A DNA stretch of 64,000 nucleotides from Cyanophora paradoxa CCMP329 (GCA_004431415.1 QPMI01000017.1:62001-126000); one strand, 5' to 3'. Positions 35,681 through 49,000 are shown, numbered from the stretch's first letter. Notes: a model not told the origin generated them from the sequence alone. Translations and numbers: made by a program.

Positions 35681-38600
35681 ATGCGGCGCCGGCCAACGCT
35701 CAGCGTGATGGTGGGCGACAAGGAGAACGACGTGGCGCTCGACCGTGACCTCAAAGCCAGCGCCAGTATCTTCGGCGAGCCCCGCAAGCGCCCCGCGCCT
35801 TCGGCGAGCGGCCACCTGCAGCCCACGGAGAGCTCCAAGAGCAGGCAGGCTCTGAGTGCTAGAGCGAGCAATGTACAGAGTGCGCAGTGCACCTGGACCG
35901 CCGCGCCGGCGCCCCGCCGCAGCTTGCGCTCGCGGGACGGGCCGGTGACGTCGACGGGGCAGCCGGCCCCGGCGGCGCCTGCGCCCCAGCGGCCAACGAC
36001 AGCCCCTGCAATGAAGCGAGCTTCCTTGGGCCCGTCTTCGGCTCCGACGGCGTGGGCCGGCTTCAGCGAGACCACGATGAGCCTGCTGCGGTCGCACGAG
36101 AACAGGCCAATCTCCGCCGCCGTGTCCCAGCGGCGAGCGCGGGAGAGCGTTGCGCCGGCAGTGAAACGGCCGCGGGTACAGGAGGCGCCGCCGGCGCACG
36201 CCGCCCCGGCTGCTGCTCCGGCCGCGCCGGAGAAGGTGGCGGGCCACCACGCCGACGCGAGCTTCGCGGAGAGCCTGGAGAGCTTCCCGGTGTACGAGGC
36301 GGCGAGCCTCGGGGCGCCCTCGCCGCCCGTCACGCCCATCCTCCCGCACCGCTCCGCCCCGGCGGCGGCGGCGGCGGACGAGGACGCCGAGGTGGCGCGG
36401 CTCAGGCGGAGGGTGCGCGGGGCCTGGGCCGAGGCGGCGCCCTCGAGGTCCTGAGGCGGCGGCAGGTGGCGGAGCTGGAGTCGGCCGTGGCGGAGCGGGA
36501 CGCGTGCCTTCGGACGGCGGAGGGCATGTGGCGCGCCGAGGTGCGCCCCGCCCCGGCGCGCGGCCCCGGCGGGCGCCCGGCGCGGGCCCGACCTGAACCC
36601 AGATGACCGCGCTGCGGGAGCGGGCCGAGCGGGCGGAGCGGGAGCTCAAGTGCGCGTGCGTGCAGCCAGCACCCGCCAGCCCCGCCCGGCCCGTGTGAGC
36701 GGGCGGGGGCCGGGCGGCAGGGCGCGGGCGAGGAGGCGGCGGCGGCGGAGCGGGAGCGGGCAGGGCGGCGTGAGGCCGCCTCGCAGCGCGCCCTCGCCGA
36801 GGCCAAGTGCGCGGCGGGCGGGCGGGGCGCGCCTCCGGCCCGGGGCCGACGGGGGCGGCGGGGCGCAGGGCGCGGGCGGAGGAGCTGGAGGAACGGGCGC
36901 GGGAGCATGCGGAGGCGATCGGGCAGCTGAGCGGTCGCCTGCGTGAGGCGGAGGCGGCGCGGCGGCGGCTGCACAACGAGATCTGCGAGCTGCGCGGGAA
37001 CATCCGGGTCGTCTGCCGCGTGCGGCCCCTCGTCGGGCAGGAGGCCTACCGCGCCCTCCAGGGCTCCTCCTCCCTCTTCGAGGCGCGCCGCTCGCCTCTC
37101 TCCGCGCGCTCTCCGGTCGACGGCCTCACGTCCTCGGTTCGCAGTACCCCGAGGAGGAGGCGGCGCCCGCGCCAGCCGGGCCGGTCCCGCCCGCGCTGCC
37201 CGGGCGCGGCTCCTCGATCGTGGTGACGGCGCCGGGGATCGGCTGCGCGCCGCCCTCCGCCGCCGCGGTGGCCGGCATGCCGGCCCTGACCTCGGCGTGC
37301 GCACGAGCCTAGCGCGCGGCCGAGACACACGCCGACGCCTTTGGGCCGGCAGGTCGGAGCGGACGCTGCGGTTCGAGTTCAGCCGCGTGCTGGGCCCCTC
37401 GGCGGCCCAGGAGGAGGTCTACGCCGAGGTCGCCCCCCTCGTCCAGAGCGCCCTCGACGGTCCGCCCCGTCCCGCCCCTCTCCCGGCCCGCCCCGCCGGG
37501 CGAGGGTTCGATCCCGCGCAGGCTACGCGGTCTGCATCTTCGCGTACGGCGCCACCGGTGCGGCCTTCGACGCGGGCGCCCCGAGCTGCGGCTGGGCCGG
37601 GCCGGGCTGAGCGGGCGGGCGGCGCGCAGGCTCGGGGAAGACGTACACGATGGAGGGCCCGGCGTGGGCGGCGGGGGCCCCCAGCGACGAGGCCCCCGGC
37701 GAGGACCTCCGCGGGGCCCGCACCGCCCCCCGCCGCCTCTCCCGCGCGCGCATCGCGGCTGATGGGCGGAGGGCAGATCATCCCGCGGGCGCTGGAGGAG
37801 CTGTTCGAGCGGGCGGGGGAGATGCGGGGGCGGCACGAGTGGCGCCTGGAGATGACCGCCTCCTTCCTCGAGATCTATAACGAGGCCATCCGGGACCTCC
37901 TAGCCCCCGCCGGCCCCGGCGCCGCGCACGCCGCGCACGAGATCCGGCACGACAAGGACGGACAGGCGGTCGTCACGGGCCTCACCACCGTCCCCGTCTC
38001 CGACCGCGCGCACCTCGCCGCCCTCCTCGCCGCCGTGCGCTCCAGCCGCCGGCGCTTATAATTACGTGGCGCGGCTGGGGCTAACGTGCCTGCTGGCTCG
38101 CTTGGCAGGCGGCGGGGAATCGGGCGACGCACGCGACGGCGTGCAACGAGCGGAGCTCGCGCTCGCACGCCGTCTTCCAGCTGCGGCTGCAGGGCGCGCA
38201 GGCTCGCACCGGCCGCTCCCTCCGCACCACCGTCACCCTCGTCGACCTCGCCGGCTCGGAGCGCGTCAAGGTCAGCGGGGCGAGCGGGGAGCGGCTGCGG
38301 GAGGCGCAGTGCATCAACCGCTCCCTCACCGCCCTCGGCAACGTCATCCACGCCCTCTCCGCCCACGTGCGCGCGCAGCGCCAGCCGCGCAGCGCGGTCC
38401 GACGGTCCCCCGCCCCCTCCCCCGCCTCTGACCGAGCGCCCGGGCCCCGCCCCGCGGCCCCGCAGGAGAACCACGTGCCGTACCGCGACTCGAAGCTCAC
38501 GCACCTCCTCCAGCCCTGCCTCGGTCCGCGCGCGCCACCCGGCCCCCGCGCGCCGCGCCCGTGACCGGGCGGCACGCGCAGCGAGCGAGAGCGCGAAGAT

Positions 38601-38823
38601 CTGCATGCTCCTCAACATCTCGCCCATCCCGGAGCAGGTGGACGAGAGCATCTGCTCGCTGCGCTTCGGCGCCAAGGCCGCCGCCGTCGAGCGGCGGAAC
38701 CAGCCCTCCGCCGCCGGCCGCCGCCCCTCGGCCAAGGCCCCGCCCGCGGGGGCGCCGGGCCCCGCGAAGACCCCGCGCAGCAGCTCCGCCGCGGCCTCCG
38801 CCAAGGGGCAGCAGGGCGGGTAG
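35681..38823 (+). CDS. Kinesin-14 (C-terminal motor)
   Basis: Neck RRRLHNEICELRGNIRVVCRVRP. P-loop FAYGATG|SGKTYTM. NERSSRSH, LVDLAGSER, HVPYRDSKLT. Confidence 0.95.
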
Positions 38824-39494
38824 CCCCCCCGGAGGGGCCCCGAGCGCCCCGCCCCCGCCCCTTCCCGCGTGTACAGTGCAGATCGCGATCGAGAGCGACC
38901 GATCGTTGTGCTAATTTAATCGATTCGGCTTCTGGAGAGCTCGATTTCGCGATCGCGAGGCGCGCGGGGCGGGCCGAGCAAGGGCCGGGATCCCGGGGAG
39001 CTGGGACCCGAGGCTCGAAATTCTCCAGTGGTGGGCCTTGCGCATGCGCCTGCAGCTGCATCCGGGCCACGCTCCTACGGCCAGGCCGTCAGACAGCGAT
39101 AGAGTGGGCTGGAGGTAGAGATCGGATGGATGGCGAGAGAGAGCGGATGGATGGCGCACAACACTGCTTGTACGTGGCCTTATGCAGACGCAAGTTAGGG
39201 GAGTTCGACGCGCTGTCAGTCGGCTCGGCGTCTGCTTGCAGCCCGGGCCCCGGGCAGAAGGGAGCGAGCGGCCCGCCGCGCCGCCGCCCCGATCGGCTTC
39301 GAATGCATCGCGAAGCGAGCTCCGGCTCGGGTGACGGGATCGCGCGGCTCGGCCCGGTTGGAGAGGGCCCCGCTGCGCAGGGGCCGAGGGCGCAGCGCCC
39401 CGCGAGCACCAGCGGAGGTGGCGGCGGGGGCTGCTGCTCGCTGGGCTGCCGAGGCCGAAGCAAGGGGGGGAAATGGGCGCTGGCGCCGGGGCGC

Positions 39495-40404
39495 CTAGCC
39501 GGTGGCGCCCGAGGCGGCGGCGCCGGGCTCCTCGACCCAGAGCTGGAGGCGAGCGAGGCCCGTGCTGGCGGACCTGAGCGGGCGCATCACGCCGCCCTGC
39601 GGCGGCCCCAGCAGCTCGCCCTCCGCGGGGAGCCACGCCTCGCCCGCGTAGTCCCGCCGCGTGCGCGCCACGATGCGGAAGGAGCAGTCTGCCCGGCGCT
39701 CTGAGCGCGCGGGGGAGGGCCGGGCGGGCCGCGGGGAGCCGGCGAGACGCGCACCGTCGGGGAGATCGCGCAGGTCGCCGGTTCCGAGCTGAATCTTCTG
39801 GAGGAAGGATCGCATGAGGGTCTCCATCTCGCTGAGCGAAAGCGACTGCGTCCCATCCTGCAGCGGAGTGAACTGCGCGATATGTGAGCGCTCTCCAGCA
39901 TGCAGCGATCGCAGCTGCAGGGGGCGGGTGGGGCGCGCCTCGAACACGAAGCGCTCGAGAGGCGCGCTGCTGGCCCCGATGATGACGACGTCGATGCGCT
40001 CTAGCATTCTCTGCAGGTGGGGCATGAGAGAACCGCTCGCGCAGAAAAAAGCGAAAGAGCGCGCCTGGCGCGTCCACTCGTTGAAGCTGGTGACGGCGCT
40101 CAGGATGTAGTCGTTCACGTCCGGGTGCCTCGACATCCACACCGCCATCCCGTACTTGCGGCGGCGCTCGAACAGCGCTGGGCGCGTCTCAGCGCGACGC
40201 GCGATCGCACAGCGCGTACGCTCCACGCACATCGAGGGTAGACCTTCCGCACCCAGAGGACCTGGTGCACGGCGACCTCGAGCAACTCCGAAATGATGTC
40301 CGCTGTCTCTGCGCGGCGCGCTCGGGGCTGGGCAAGGCGCAATGATCGGGTCGCGCACCCTCGTACGACACGAACGAGTTGGAGCCGGAGGCGGCGTCGC
40401 TCAT
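39495..40404 (-). CDS. REV7: REV7/MAD2L2 HORMA-domain protein
   Basis: ELLEVAVHQVLWVRKVYP, FERRRKYGMAVWMSRHPDVNDYI, PLERFVFE, LPD|DCSFRI, RPLRS....LQLWVEE. Confidence 0.88.
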
Positions 40405-40456
40405 CTTTTCGAATTGAAGTTTGGCAAACGGGGTACAGTGCAAACTTGCGGGCGAC

Positions 40457-42302
40457 ATGGCGCAGCCTTCCAGGTTATGGGGCGGCTTCGGAGACCTCGG
40501 AAGATTCACAGCAATCACACAGATCGGCTCCAGCGATGCCATCCCGTCGTCGGTTCTCAGCACCAGCGTTGGCAACACCAGCTCCTCCTTTTCGTCTGCG
40601 AGCGCGTTTGATATTAGCTACAAGCGGAACCGACCACCGAAAGTGATCCACCGAAAAGACGGCGAGGACGAGGGCTATGCGATGGGGGACGTTCTGGGCT
40701 CTGGTGAGCAGCGCGTTGTTGCTTCTAGCCGCATGCGCTTCGTGCGTACGCCGCCTGGCGTGCCGTGCCCGACCCCGCGCGTATTCCGAACGCAGGGTCG
40801 TACGGCAAAGTGCGGGTCGCTGCGGACCGCTCCACTGGTCGCGTCGTGGCGATTAAGATCATCAACAAGCGCTACTTGAAGAGGATACGCGGCGGCGAAG
40901 ACAGCATCAAGAATGAGATCAAGAACATGAAGTACCTGCAGTCTAGCGGCAAGCCGCACCCCAACATAGTCGAGCTCATCGAGGTCATCACCAAAGAAGA
41001 GAAAGAGAAGATGTGCGCATGCGCCGCAGCGCGCCCCAGCAGTGAGCGCTGGCTGGCCGATCAACGCCGCTGAACCTTCGCGCCGCAGCTATATGGTGCT
41101 GGAGATGGTCACGGGCGGTTCGGTTCAGCAGCTGCTGGAATTGGCACAAGAGAAGGAGCGCGCCGGCCGGCTACCGCAGAACCAAGCGCGGAAGTGCGCC
41201 GACCGGCCAACTTGGCGTTTCGACCGTTCTGGCGCGCCTGCGAGAGCCTAACGCGCCCGCGCAGGATTTTCCAGCAGCTCATCACCGCTCTTGATTACAT
41301 GCACTCGCGCGGGATCGTGCACAGAGGTCCGCGCGCGTGGGCGCCTGCGCGGCCCCGCACCGTCACATGACTCCGCTGCCCAGACATCAAGCCGACGAAC
41401 ATCATGCTCACGCCCGACCTGCGCGTGAAGATATCCGACTTCGGTGTCTCAGAGGCGAGCCGTTCCGCCTGCCCCGCCCGCCGGCGGCGCCTCGCCGCGT
41501 GAGTGAGCGCCGGCGCAGCGGCTCAAGGCGACGGAATCGTCGGACGTGGTGACCAAGTTCTCGGGCTCGCCGGCCTTTCTGCCCCCGGAGATCGCCACCG
41601 GCAAGGAAGGCTTCTCCGGCGCCAAGATCGACATCTGGGCGGCCGGCATCACCCTGTGTGCCCTCGCCCGCGCCGCCGTTCCTTTTCCTTCCTTACCCGG
41701 CCGGCGCGGCAGCTTCCTCATGCTCACGGGGAAGATCCCGTTCGAGGGGAATAGCGTGGGAGAGCTTTTCGACCGCATCGCGCAGGGCCAGATCGACATC
41801 CCGGAATCGGTGCGCCGCCCGGCCCTCCTGCCCCGGGCGCGGCCGGCGAGCCGGCCGGGGCGCAGGTGGAGGACCCGGACTGCCGGGACCTGCTCGCGGG
41901 GATGCTGAGGTACAAGGAGGAGGAGCGCTTCACGCTGGAGCAGATCAAGACCCACAGGTGCGGCGGGGCCGGCCGGCGGGGCCGCCCCGGCGGGGGCCGA
42001 GGCGCCGCGGGGGGCGCAGGTGGATGCAGAAGGAGGCGAGCGAGGACGCGAAGGAGCCGTGGGTGCGGCAGAACGCGGACAGCGAGCCCCTGCGGAGGCT
42101 CTGGGAGAAGCTCTACAACGAGTCGCAGTCGGCGAGCCCGGCCCCGGCCCCGGCGCCCCCCGCCGAGAGGGAGAGGCCCGCGGCGGCCGAGGAGGCGGAG
42201 GGGGAGTCGATGTCGGCGCGGGAGATCCTGAAGAAGCCCGCCCAGATGCTCAAGAACGCCTTCTCCGGGATGTTCGCCGACAAGGGCCCCGAGAAGCGGT
42301 AG
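40457..42302 (+). CDS. LKB1/STK11-like Ser/Thr kinase
   Basis: YAMGDVLGSG|SYGKV, KRIRGGEDSIKNEI, EEKEKI|YMVLE, HRD|IKP, ISDFGVSE, GSPAFLPPEIATGKEGFSGAKIDIWAAGITL, PFEGNSVGELFDRI. Eight introns, e.g. 40704-40795. Confidence 0.88.
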
Positions 42303-42707
42303 CCCCGGGGGCCTGCAGCCCCCTTTCCAGCTTTTTCCACCTTTTTTTCCTTCGGCCCGTGCCCCCGCTCCCCGACACGCCCACTAGTACTTCGTTCATA
42401 TGCGCAGATATACTGAATACTATTGATCAATATTTGCAATAGGCCTCGTGTACACGTACAGTATCAAAGAAACAGCTGCTGAGCTTTTTACGTTGCCTGC
42501 CCCACTGCTGCCGAGAGCCCTTGCATTGCAACCCTAGCCGAGAACTGCGGCTGAGGGCACATCGAGCCCCGGCGAGCGCTACTGCTCCTGATCTACGTAA
42601 GCTATAACCGATGTACAGACTGCCGTGTCGCTACAGCTGCAACGGTGCTGCGAGAGAAAAAAAAGAGTCCGCCTGCCCCGCGAGGCGGGGGGGAGCGCTC
42701 CGGCTGC

Positions 42708-45013
42708 CTAGGAGAGCTCGTGGACCGGGGCGTTCTCGAGCCAGAGCTTGTGCGAGAAGTCGTACAGCTCCTCGCTCACCGAGACCTGCGCGCCCGCGTG
42801 AGGCGGGGCGCGCGGGGGAGGGGGGCAGGGGGAGGGCGGGCCTTGTAGGGGGTGGGGTTGAGGGGCCGGAGCATGTCCTCGCGGAGGCTCGAGAGCTGCT
42901 CCTGCACGTAGCGCCGGATCTGCCCCGCCGCTCAGAGAGAGAGAGGGAGGAGGGGGAGAGGAGGACGGCGGGGCGGGGCGGGCCTCGTCGATGTTGGGGA
43001 GGTCGCGGACGACCTTGCCGTCCCAGAAGAGGTGGTGCAGCGGCTCGACCCGCGTCGGCGTGACGTACGCCCGCTTCACCTCGTCGAAGGGGTGCCGGCA
43101 CATGATGCGCTCCCCGGGGCAGGGGGCGCGGCCGCCGACGGGGATGAGGAGGTCGACGAGCGGGTCGCCGCTCTTGCCGACGAGGCGGTGGGCCTCCTTG
43201 CGGCCGGGGATGGTGACCTTCGAGATGTCCTCCGAGAGCTTGATGCACGACTTGCCCTTCACGGAGACGAGCTTGTAGACGCAGCCCAGCGCCGGCTGCG
43301 ACTGGCACGTCACCAGGTGCGTGCCGACGCCGAACGAGTCGATCTCGTGGCCCTGCTGGTTGAGCGAGAGGATCGTCTGCTCGTTGATGTCGTTCGAGGC
43401 GACGATCTGGAGGCGCGCGAACTCCTCGAAGCCCGTCTGCTTGGCGGCCTGCGTGAAGAGCGCCCGCGCGCTCTTCGAGAGGTACGCCAGGTCCCCGGAG
43501 TCCAGCCGGACGCCGAGCGGCGTGTACCCCACGCGCCGCAGCACGGTGGCGACGGTGAGGAAGTTGGGGATGCCCGACTTGAGGGTGTCGTAGGTGTCGA
43601 CGAGGGCGAGGAAGACGGTGGGCGCCGACTGCGCGAACGCGACGAAGGCCGCCAGCTCGCCGTCGTGCGTCCGCTGGAAGCCGAGCTCCTCCCGCGCCGC
43701 CAGGACCATCGCCACGAAGTCGGGGATGTCGGGGCGCCCGGAGCCCTCCGGCGCCTTCAGCGACCGGTCCTTCAGGTCCTCGAAGCCGGAGAAGGTGTTC
43801 ACGAACGCGTGCGCGTGCGTGCCCCTTCGCGAGCGCCGTCGGACCCGGCCCGGGCCGCCCCGGAGCGCGCCGAGGAGGGCCGCGCGCACTTGCAGGGGAC
43901 CCCGAAGAGCTTCGCCGCGAGCACGTCGCTCGTCCCGTCGAAGCCTGCGCACGAGGCCGCTCAGGGGCGCCCGGGGCGGGCCGGAGGCCGGCGGGGCGGA
44001 CCGCCGGCGTAGGTGTAGCGGGAGGCGGAGAGGGCGCCGTCAGGGCCCTGGGCCCGCCGCAGGCCGAACTCCACCATCTGCTTGTCTGCGCCCCGCGTCG
44101 GCCGGCGCGGCGGGGCGCGGAGGGGCGCGGCCGAGCGCGGCGAGGGCGCGGCGCACTCTTGCCGGCCGCGTTGCGCATGCGGGCAGCGTTCGTCGCCACC
44201 AGGCTCGGGTAGTTCACGAGGTTCAGAAGCTGCGCCCGGGATCGGCGGGCGAGAGGGCCTGGCGGCGCGTGGCGAGCCGCGCGGCGCGCGAACCGTCGTC
44301 TCGAGGAGCTGGCAGACGGCGAGGGGGCCCTCCACCCGCATGAGGGGCACCCGCGGGAAGCAGACCGAGCCTGCGCGCGCGGCCGCCCCTGAGCAGCAGC
44401 CCCGCGCGCGACGCATGCGCTATACCATCCAAACAGATATCCAGTTTAGATCGCAAGCCGCCGGGGCGGGGCCGGGGCAACGTGCCCCCTAGGGAAACGT
44501 GGAAAGGGCGGGCGACGGGGCGGACCTTCCTTGAGCGCGTAGATGCGGACCTTCTTGCAGTCCAGCGTCTCCAGCCATTCGAAGAACGCGGGCTTGGCCC
44601 AGTGCATGAGCTCCCGCAGGTAGGCGATGTCATGCTTGGCGAACTTGAACGAGTGTACGTAGCGCAGAACCTGCGCGGAGCGCCGCTCAGAGAGAACTTG
44701 CCGCGACGCTCCTCTCTGACCTGGGGTTCTTTAAAAAGTCGGCGCGGACCTCTTCGAGGCCCATGAAGACGGTGAACTCGCCGTGGAAAGGGTTCTTCCG
44801 GAAGAAGAGGTCAAACACGGCATCGTCGTCTTGACGTTTTGAGTGCCAGTACGCGTAAGCCATCGTCAGCTGGTACATGTCGGTGAGCAGCGGGCCGACG
44901 ACCGGGTTGACTGGCTCGAACTTCGGTTCCGGCGAACCATCCTGGTTCAGCCCGTTGTGCTGCAGGCTGTTCGAAGACGAGGTCCTCGCCGCCGCCGCGC
45001 TGGACGATATCAT
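42708..45013 (-). CDS. NAPRT: Nicotinate phosphoribosyltransferase
   Basis: [76 protein letters not shown]. Confidence 0.95.
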
Positions 45014-45170
45014 ATTGCTGGCGGGAAGCGAGAGGCAAGCGCGCCGGCTGAATCTACGGTTCACTGGCCGCGTTCAGAGCAGCAGAACCCGTGCTCTCTC
45101 CTCCCGGTCACTCCGCTCAAGCTGAAACTTCAGGAGCGTAACGTACCCCCTACTCATCCCCCCCCCCAAG

Positions 45171-45920
45171 ATGTCGGCCTTGGACAACATTGACTCGAAG
45201 ACCGCCGCTCTGCTGCTCGTGAGCGCCGGCGCCGGTGCTGCGGTCGCGGCCCTGCTCCTGGGGCGCAAGTCCGCCGCCGCTTCTGCCTCCGCCGAACCTG
45301 CACAGGTGCGACCCACGCCCGCGCCCGACCGCCATCCCGACCGCCCTCGAAAGGCCGTCTATCGCTCAAATAGAACGAAATGGCATCGCGCCGATCCAAT
45401 GCCGATGCCGATGCCGACAATGGCGTGTATCATGAACCGGCCGCCACGCGGCTGCGGCGCGGTCGAGGCTGCGTTTCATGACTGTCATGACTATCCGATG
45501 CTAATTGACTAAATATAACCCGGCGGCCGGTGCACCTCACTGACCCGCGTCTCACGGCAGCCGATCATCAACAACAAGGGCCTGCCGCAGTCGCACCGCG
45601 AGACCCTCGAGCCCGGCAAGGAGGTTCGTGGCCCGTTCATGCCTGTGGCCCGCTCGTCTAATCCTTCTGCGCAGGTCTGGATCTGCCGCTGCTGGCAGTC
45701 GAGCACGTTCCCGTGCGCCGCTGCTTAATTCGCCTGCGCGTGTTTCATAATGCTCAATGAGCCGATAGGTACTGCGACGGCGCGCACAAGAAGCTCAACG
45801 AGAAGGGCGACAAGGTCGCTCCCGCCGGTGCGTCTTCCGATCTTTGCTTTCTGCGGCGCGCACGTGCTGAGATCCGCCCCCGCAGGCATCAAGGCGGCTG
45901 ATCTCCCCGCCAAGAAGTAA
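45171..45920 (+). CDS. CDGSH iron-sulfur (NEET/CISD) protein with an N-terminal membrane anchor
   Basis: Hydrophobic N-terminus; spliced VWICRCWQSSTFP|YCDGAHKKLNEKGDKVAP. Confidence 0.9.
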
Positions 45921-46043
45921 AATAGCTCTGCTTGTTCGCTAGCTAGTTGCTTCTGTCCATATAATTATTCTCGCATTTCAGCTGCCTGCCGCACTAGCGA
46001 TCTATGACTGCCGGCCGCACCGGGTGGGCGGCCGCCCCCAGCG

Positions 46044-49000
46044 CTATCGGCGGGCGCGGAGCTGCTGCTCGAGGCGCTCGACGGTCTCCTGCAGCTCGCG
46101 GTTGCGGCGCTCGTGCCTCGCCACACTCTCCCGCAGCGACTCCGCCGTCCGAGTCAGCCGCTCGTTCTGCATGCGGGGCGCGAGCTCAGGCGGGGGCCGG
46201 CTGCGCGGAGCTGGGGGAGCTCGATAAGGGGCGGGGAGGGGCGCACGGAGGCGCGGAGCTCGTCGGCGTCGCGCTGGAGGCGGCGGGCGGCCTCGCGCGC
46301 CTCGTCGGCCTCGAGGGCGAGGCGGTGGCGGTCGGCGGCCGCCTCCAGCGCCTCCTCGTACTTCACCTGCAGCGCCCGCAGCGCCTCCTGCCCCGCCCCC
46401 TCCCCCACCGCCCCCGCCACCGGCGCCGAGGGGGGCCTGCCAGAAGGGCCGGGGGCGGAGGAAGAGGCGGGGGCGGGGGCGGAGGAAGAGGTGGGGGTGG
46501 GGGTGGGGGCGGGGGCGGGGGCGGGGGCCGGCGGCGCGGCCCTGGAGGGGCCGTTGGGGCAGCGGCCGCCGAAAGGCGCGGGGGCGGACTGCGGCGGGTC
46601 GCGGGGCGCTCCTGGCGGGGCGGCGCGTCGAGCGGGCGGCCGGCGTCGCGCGGGGGCTCCTGTGGCTTCCCGGCGGGCCCCGCGTACTGGGGCCTCGCGG
46701 CGGGCTGCGCGCCCCGGGGCCGCGGGGAGGGCTGCGGCCGCCAGAGCCCCGGGGTGGACTCCGGCCTGGACCCCGTGGCGGGCTGCGCCCACGGGGCGGG
46801 CTCCGGCCAGCACCGCTGCGCGGGGGCTGCGGCCGGAGCCCCGCGGGGGGTGCGGCCGCGGGGCGGGCTGCGGCCGGATGGGCCCCGCGGGGGGCTCCTA
46901 CCGCCAGAGCCGCGCGGCGGGCTGCGTCTGTGAGGCGGACTGCGACCCCGGGGCCGTGCGGCGGAGTCCGGGCGCGGGCCGGGCTGCGGCCGCTCGGGCC
47001 GCGGGGCGGGCTGCGACCGCGGGGCGGCTCCCTCGCATCGCGCGGCGGGGGCCCCAGCGCGCGCCGCTTGCCATCCCGCTCAAGGCTCCTGCTGCGGCTC
47101 CGCTTCCCAGGGGGCGGCCCCGGCGGGCCTGAGCGAAACCCGGAGAGTCCGGCAGAGGGGCCGGGGCGGCGTCGGGGTGGGCGGGGGGAGGGGTGATGGT
47201 GCCGGGGGCGCGCGGGGCGGCGTCGAAGGAGAGAGAGGGGAGGAGGAGGAAGTCGATGTCCTCGGCAAAGAGGAGGCAGTTGCCGTTTTCGTCGCGCGGC
47301 TCGGCCGCCTCCAGCACCCGCGCCCGCGCCCCCGCTTCCCCGAACGTCACGCGCGCCGCGTCCTCCACGCGGCGCCCCGAGGCGCCCCGCACCTCCATCG
47401 ACACCTGCGCGGGCGCCGGTCGGCTCGCGGGGCGCGCCCGCGCCCGAGAGGCGCGCGGGCGGGACAGCGCACCCGCTCGACGGCGGCGTGGGCGTGGGGC
47501 GGCGGGGCGGCGCTGCTCGCGCGGCAGAGGCCGCAGGCGAGCAGCCCGAAGACGCGCTCGAGGAATGGCACCGAGATGCGCGCCGCCGACTTGGGCGGCC
47601 ACTTCACGACGAGGTCCTCCTGCATCGCCCCGCCGGGGCGCGGGATCGGCGGGGCCGGGGCCGGGGGCGGGGCCGGGGGACGGGCCCGGGGGCGGCGAGG
47701 GCGGCGGCGGCCTCGTCGTCGCAGGGGAGGACGGCGGCGGGGCGGCCGCAGAGGAGGAGGCCGGCGCCGACCTGCTGCGCCTCGGCCGCGTCGTCGCTGC
47801 GGGCGAACTGCACGGCGGCCGCCGGGCGCCCGGCCAGGAACCGGACCTTCGTGATCGCCCGGTCCGCCCCGAGGCGCGCCCGCAGCGCCGCCGCGAGCTC
47901 CGCCTCCGTCGGGGGCGGCTGCCCCGGCGGGAAGCGCGACCAGTCGACCAGCACGCCGCGGGAGCGCGCGAGGCGCGTCAGGGCCGCCCCCACGTCCCCC
48001 TCCGCCGTCGCCTCCGCCCACCCTGCGCCCCGCGCCCCGCTCAGCCGCCGTTGCAGCAGCAGCGCCCGGCCGGCCGCGCGCACGCGAGGGTCGGCGTTGC
48101 GTGGGGGCCTCGGTGGCAACGGCGGGGCCGGCTGCGGGGGCGGCGCCGACGCCGACGGGACTGCCGGCGGGACTGCGAGCGCAGGGGACGACGGTCCGCT
48201 GCCCGACGCGCGGGCCTCGGCGGCGGCGGTCTCGTCCCGCCGCGCGGCCGAAAGCCCGCGGCCCTCTCCGCCGGGCTGCGCGCCCATTTCCTCGCCGCGG
48301 AAGCGGACGACGATCTTCCCGTCGCGAAGGCGCCGCCCGTCGCCGAGGTGCCTGCGGGCCGGGCGTCGGGGGCAGCCGGGCGGGGCACGGGCAGGGGCGC
48401 GGGGCCCGCGCCGCACCGGGCGACGGTCGCCTCCTCGGGGCTCTCCATGGCGACGGCGGCGCTCGCGAGGCCGTCCCCCGCCTCCACGCGCGCCACACGC
48501 CCGTAGCGCAGGAACTCCTCTCTCAGCTCCCGCTCCGCCTCGCCGCGCGCCGTCCCCTGCGGGAAGCAGCCCCGCGTCTGGACCTCAAGCTCCGCCGTCG
48601 GCCGCCCCCGGCTCTTGCGCTTGACGGCATCGAATTTCATCCACTGGTTCCTATTGAAGCCAATGCGAATTGGGCCTCCAAGCACTGCGGGGACGGTTGG
48701 CCAGCCCCATCGATACCATCGCTCGCGCTGCAAGGGGCTCACCTACTTCGCCGTCCATCGCCGCTCGCGCGGCGGCGCAGTCTTCGATGCGGTCGAATTG
48801 AAGGAAGACGCCGTCTTGGTAGCGGTCGTGGGCGTTGAACGACGCTACTATAAACCCTTTCTGCTTGAATGCCTTGACGACCTCGACAGCCTGGCAAGCC
48901 TCAAGGCGTCAACGCCAGCGAAAGCTGCGCAGGAGGGCGACGCACCTGACGCTCCTCGATTTTGTGCGCCAGGCGGACATACTGCGCGGGTCGTCAGCTC

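Noticed and set aside
39184-39240. Hairpin with GTTCGA resembling a tRNA or B box
   Set aside because: No cloverleaf or A box could be built.
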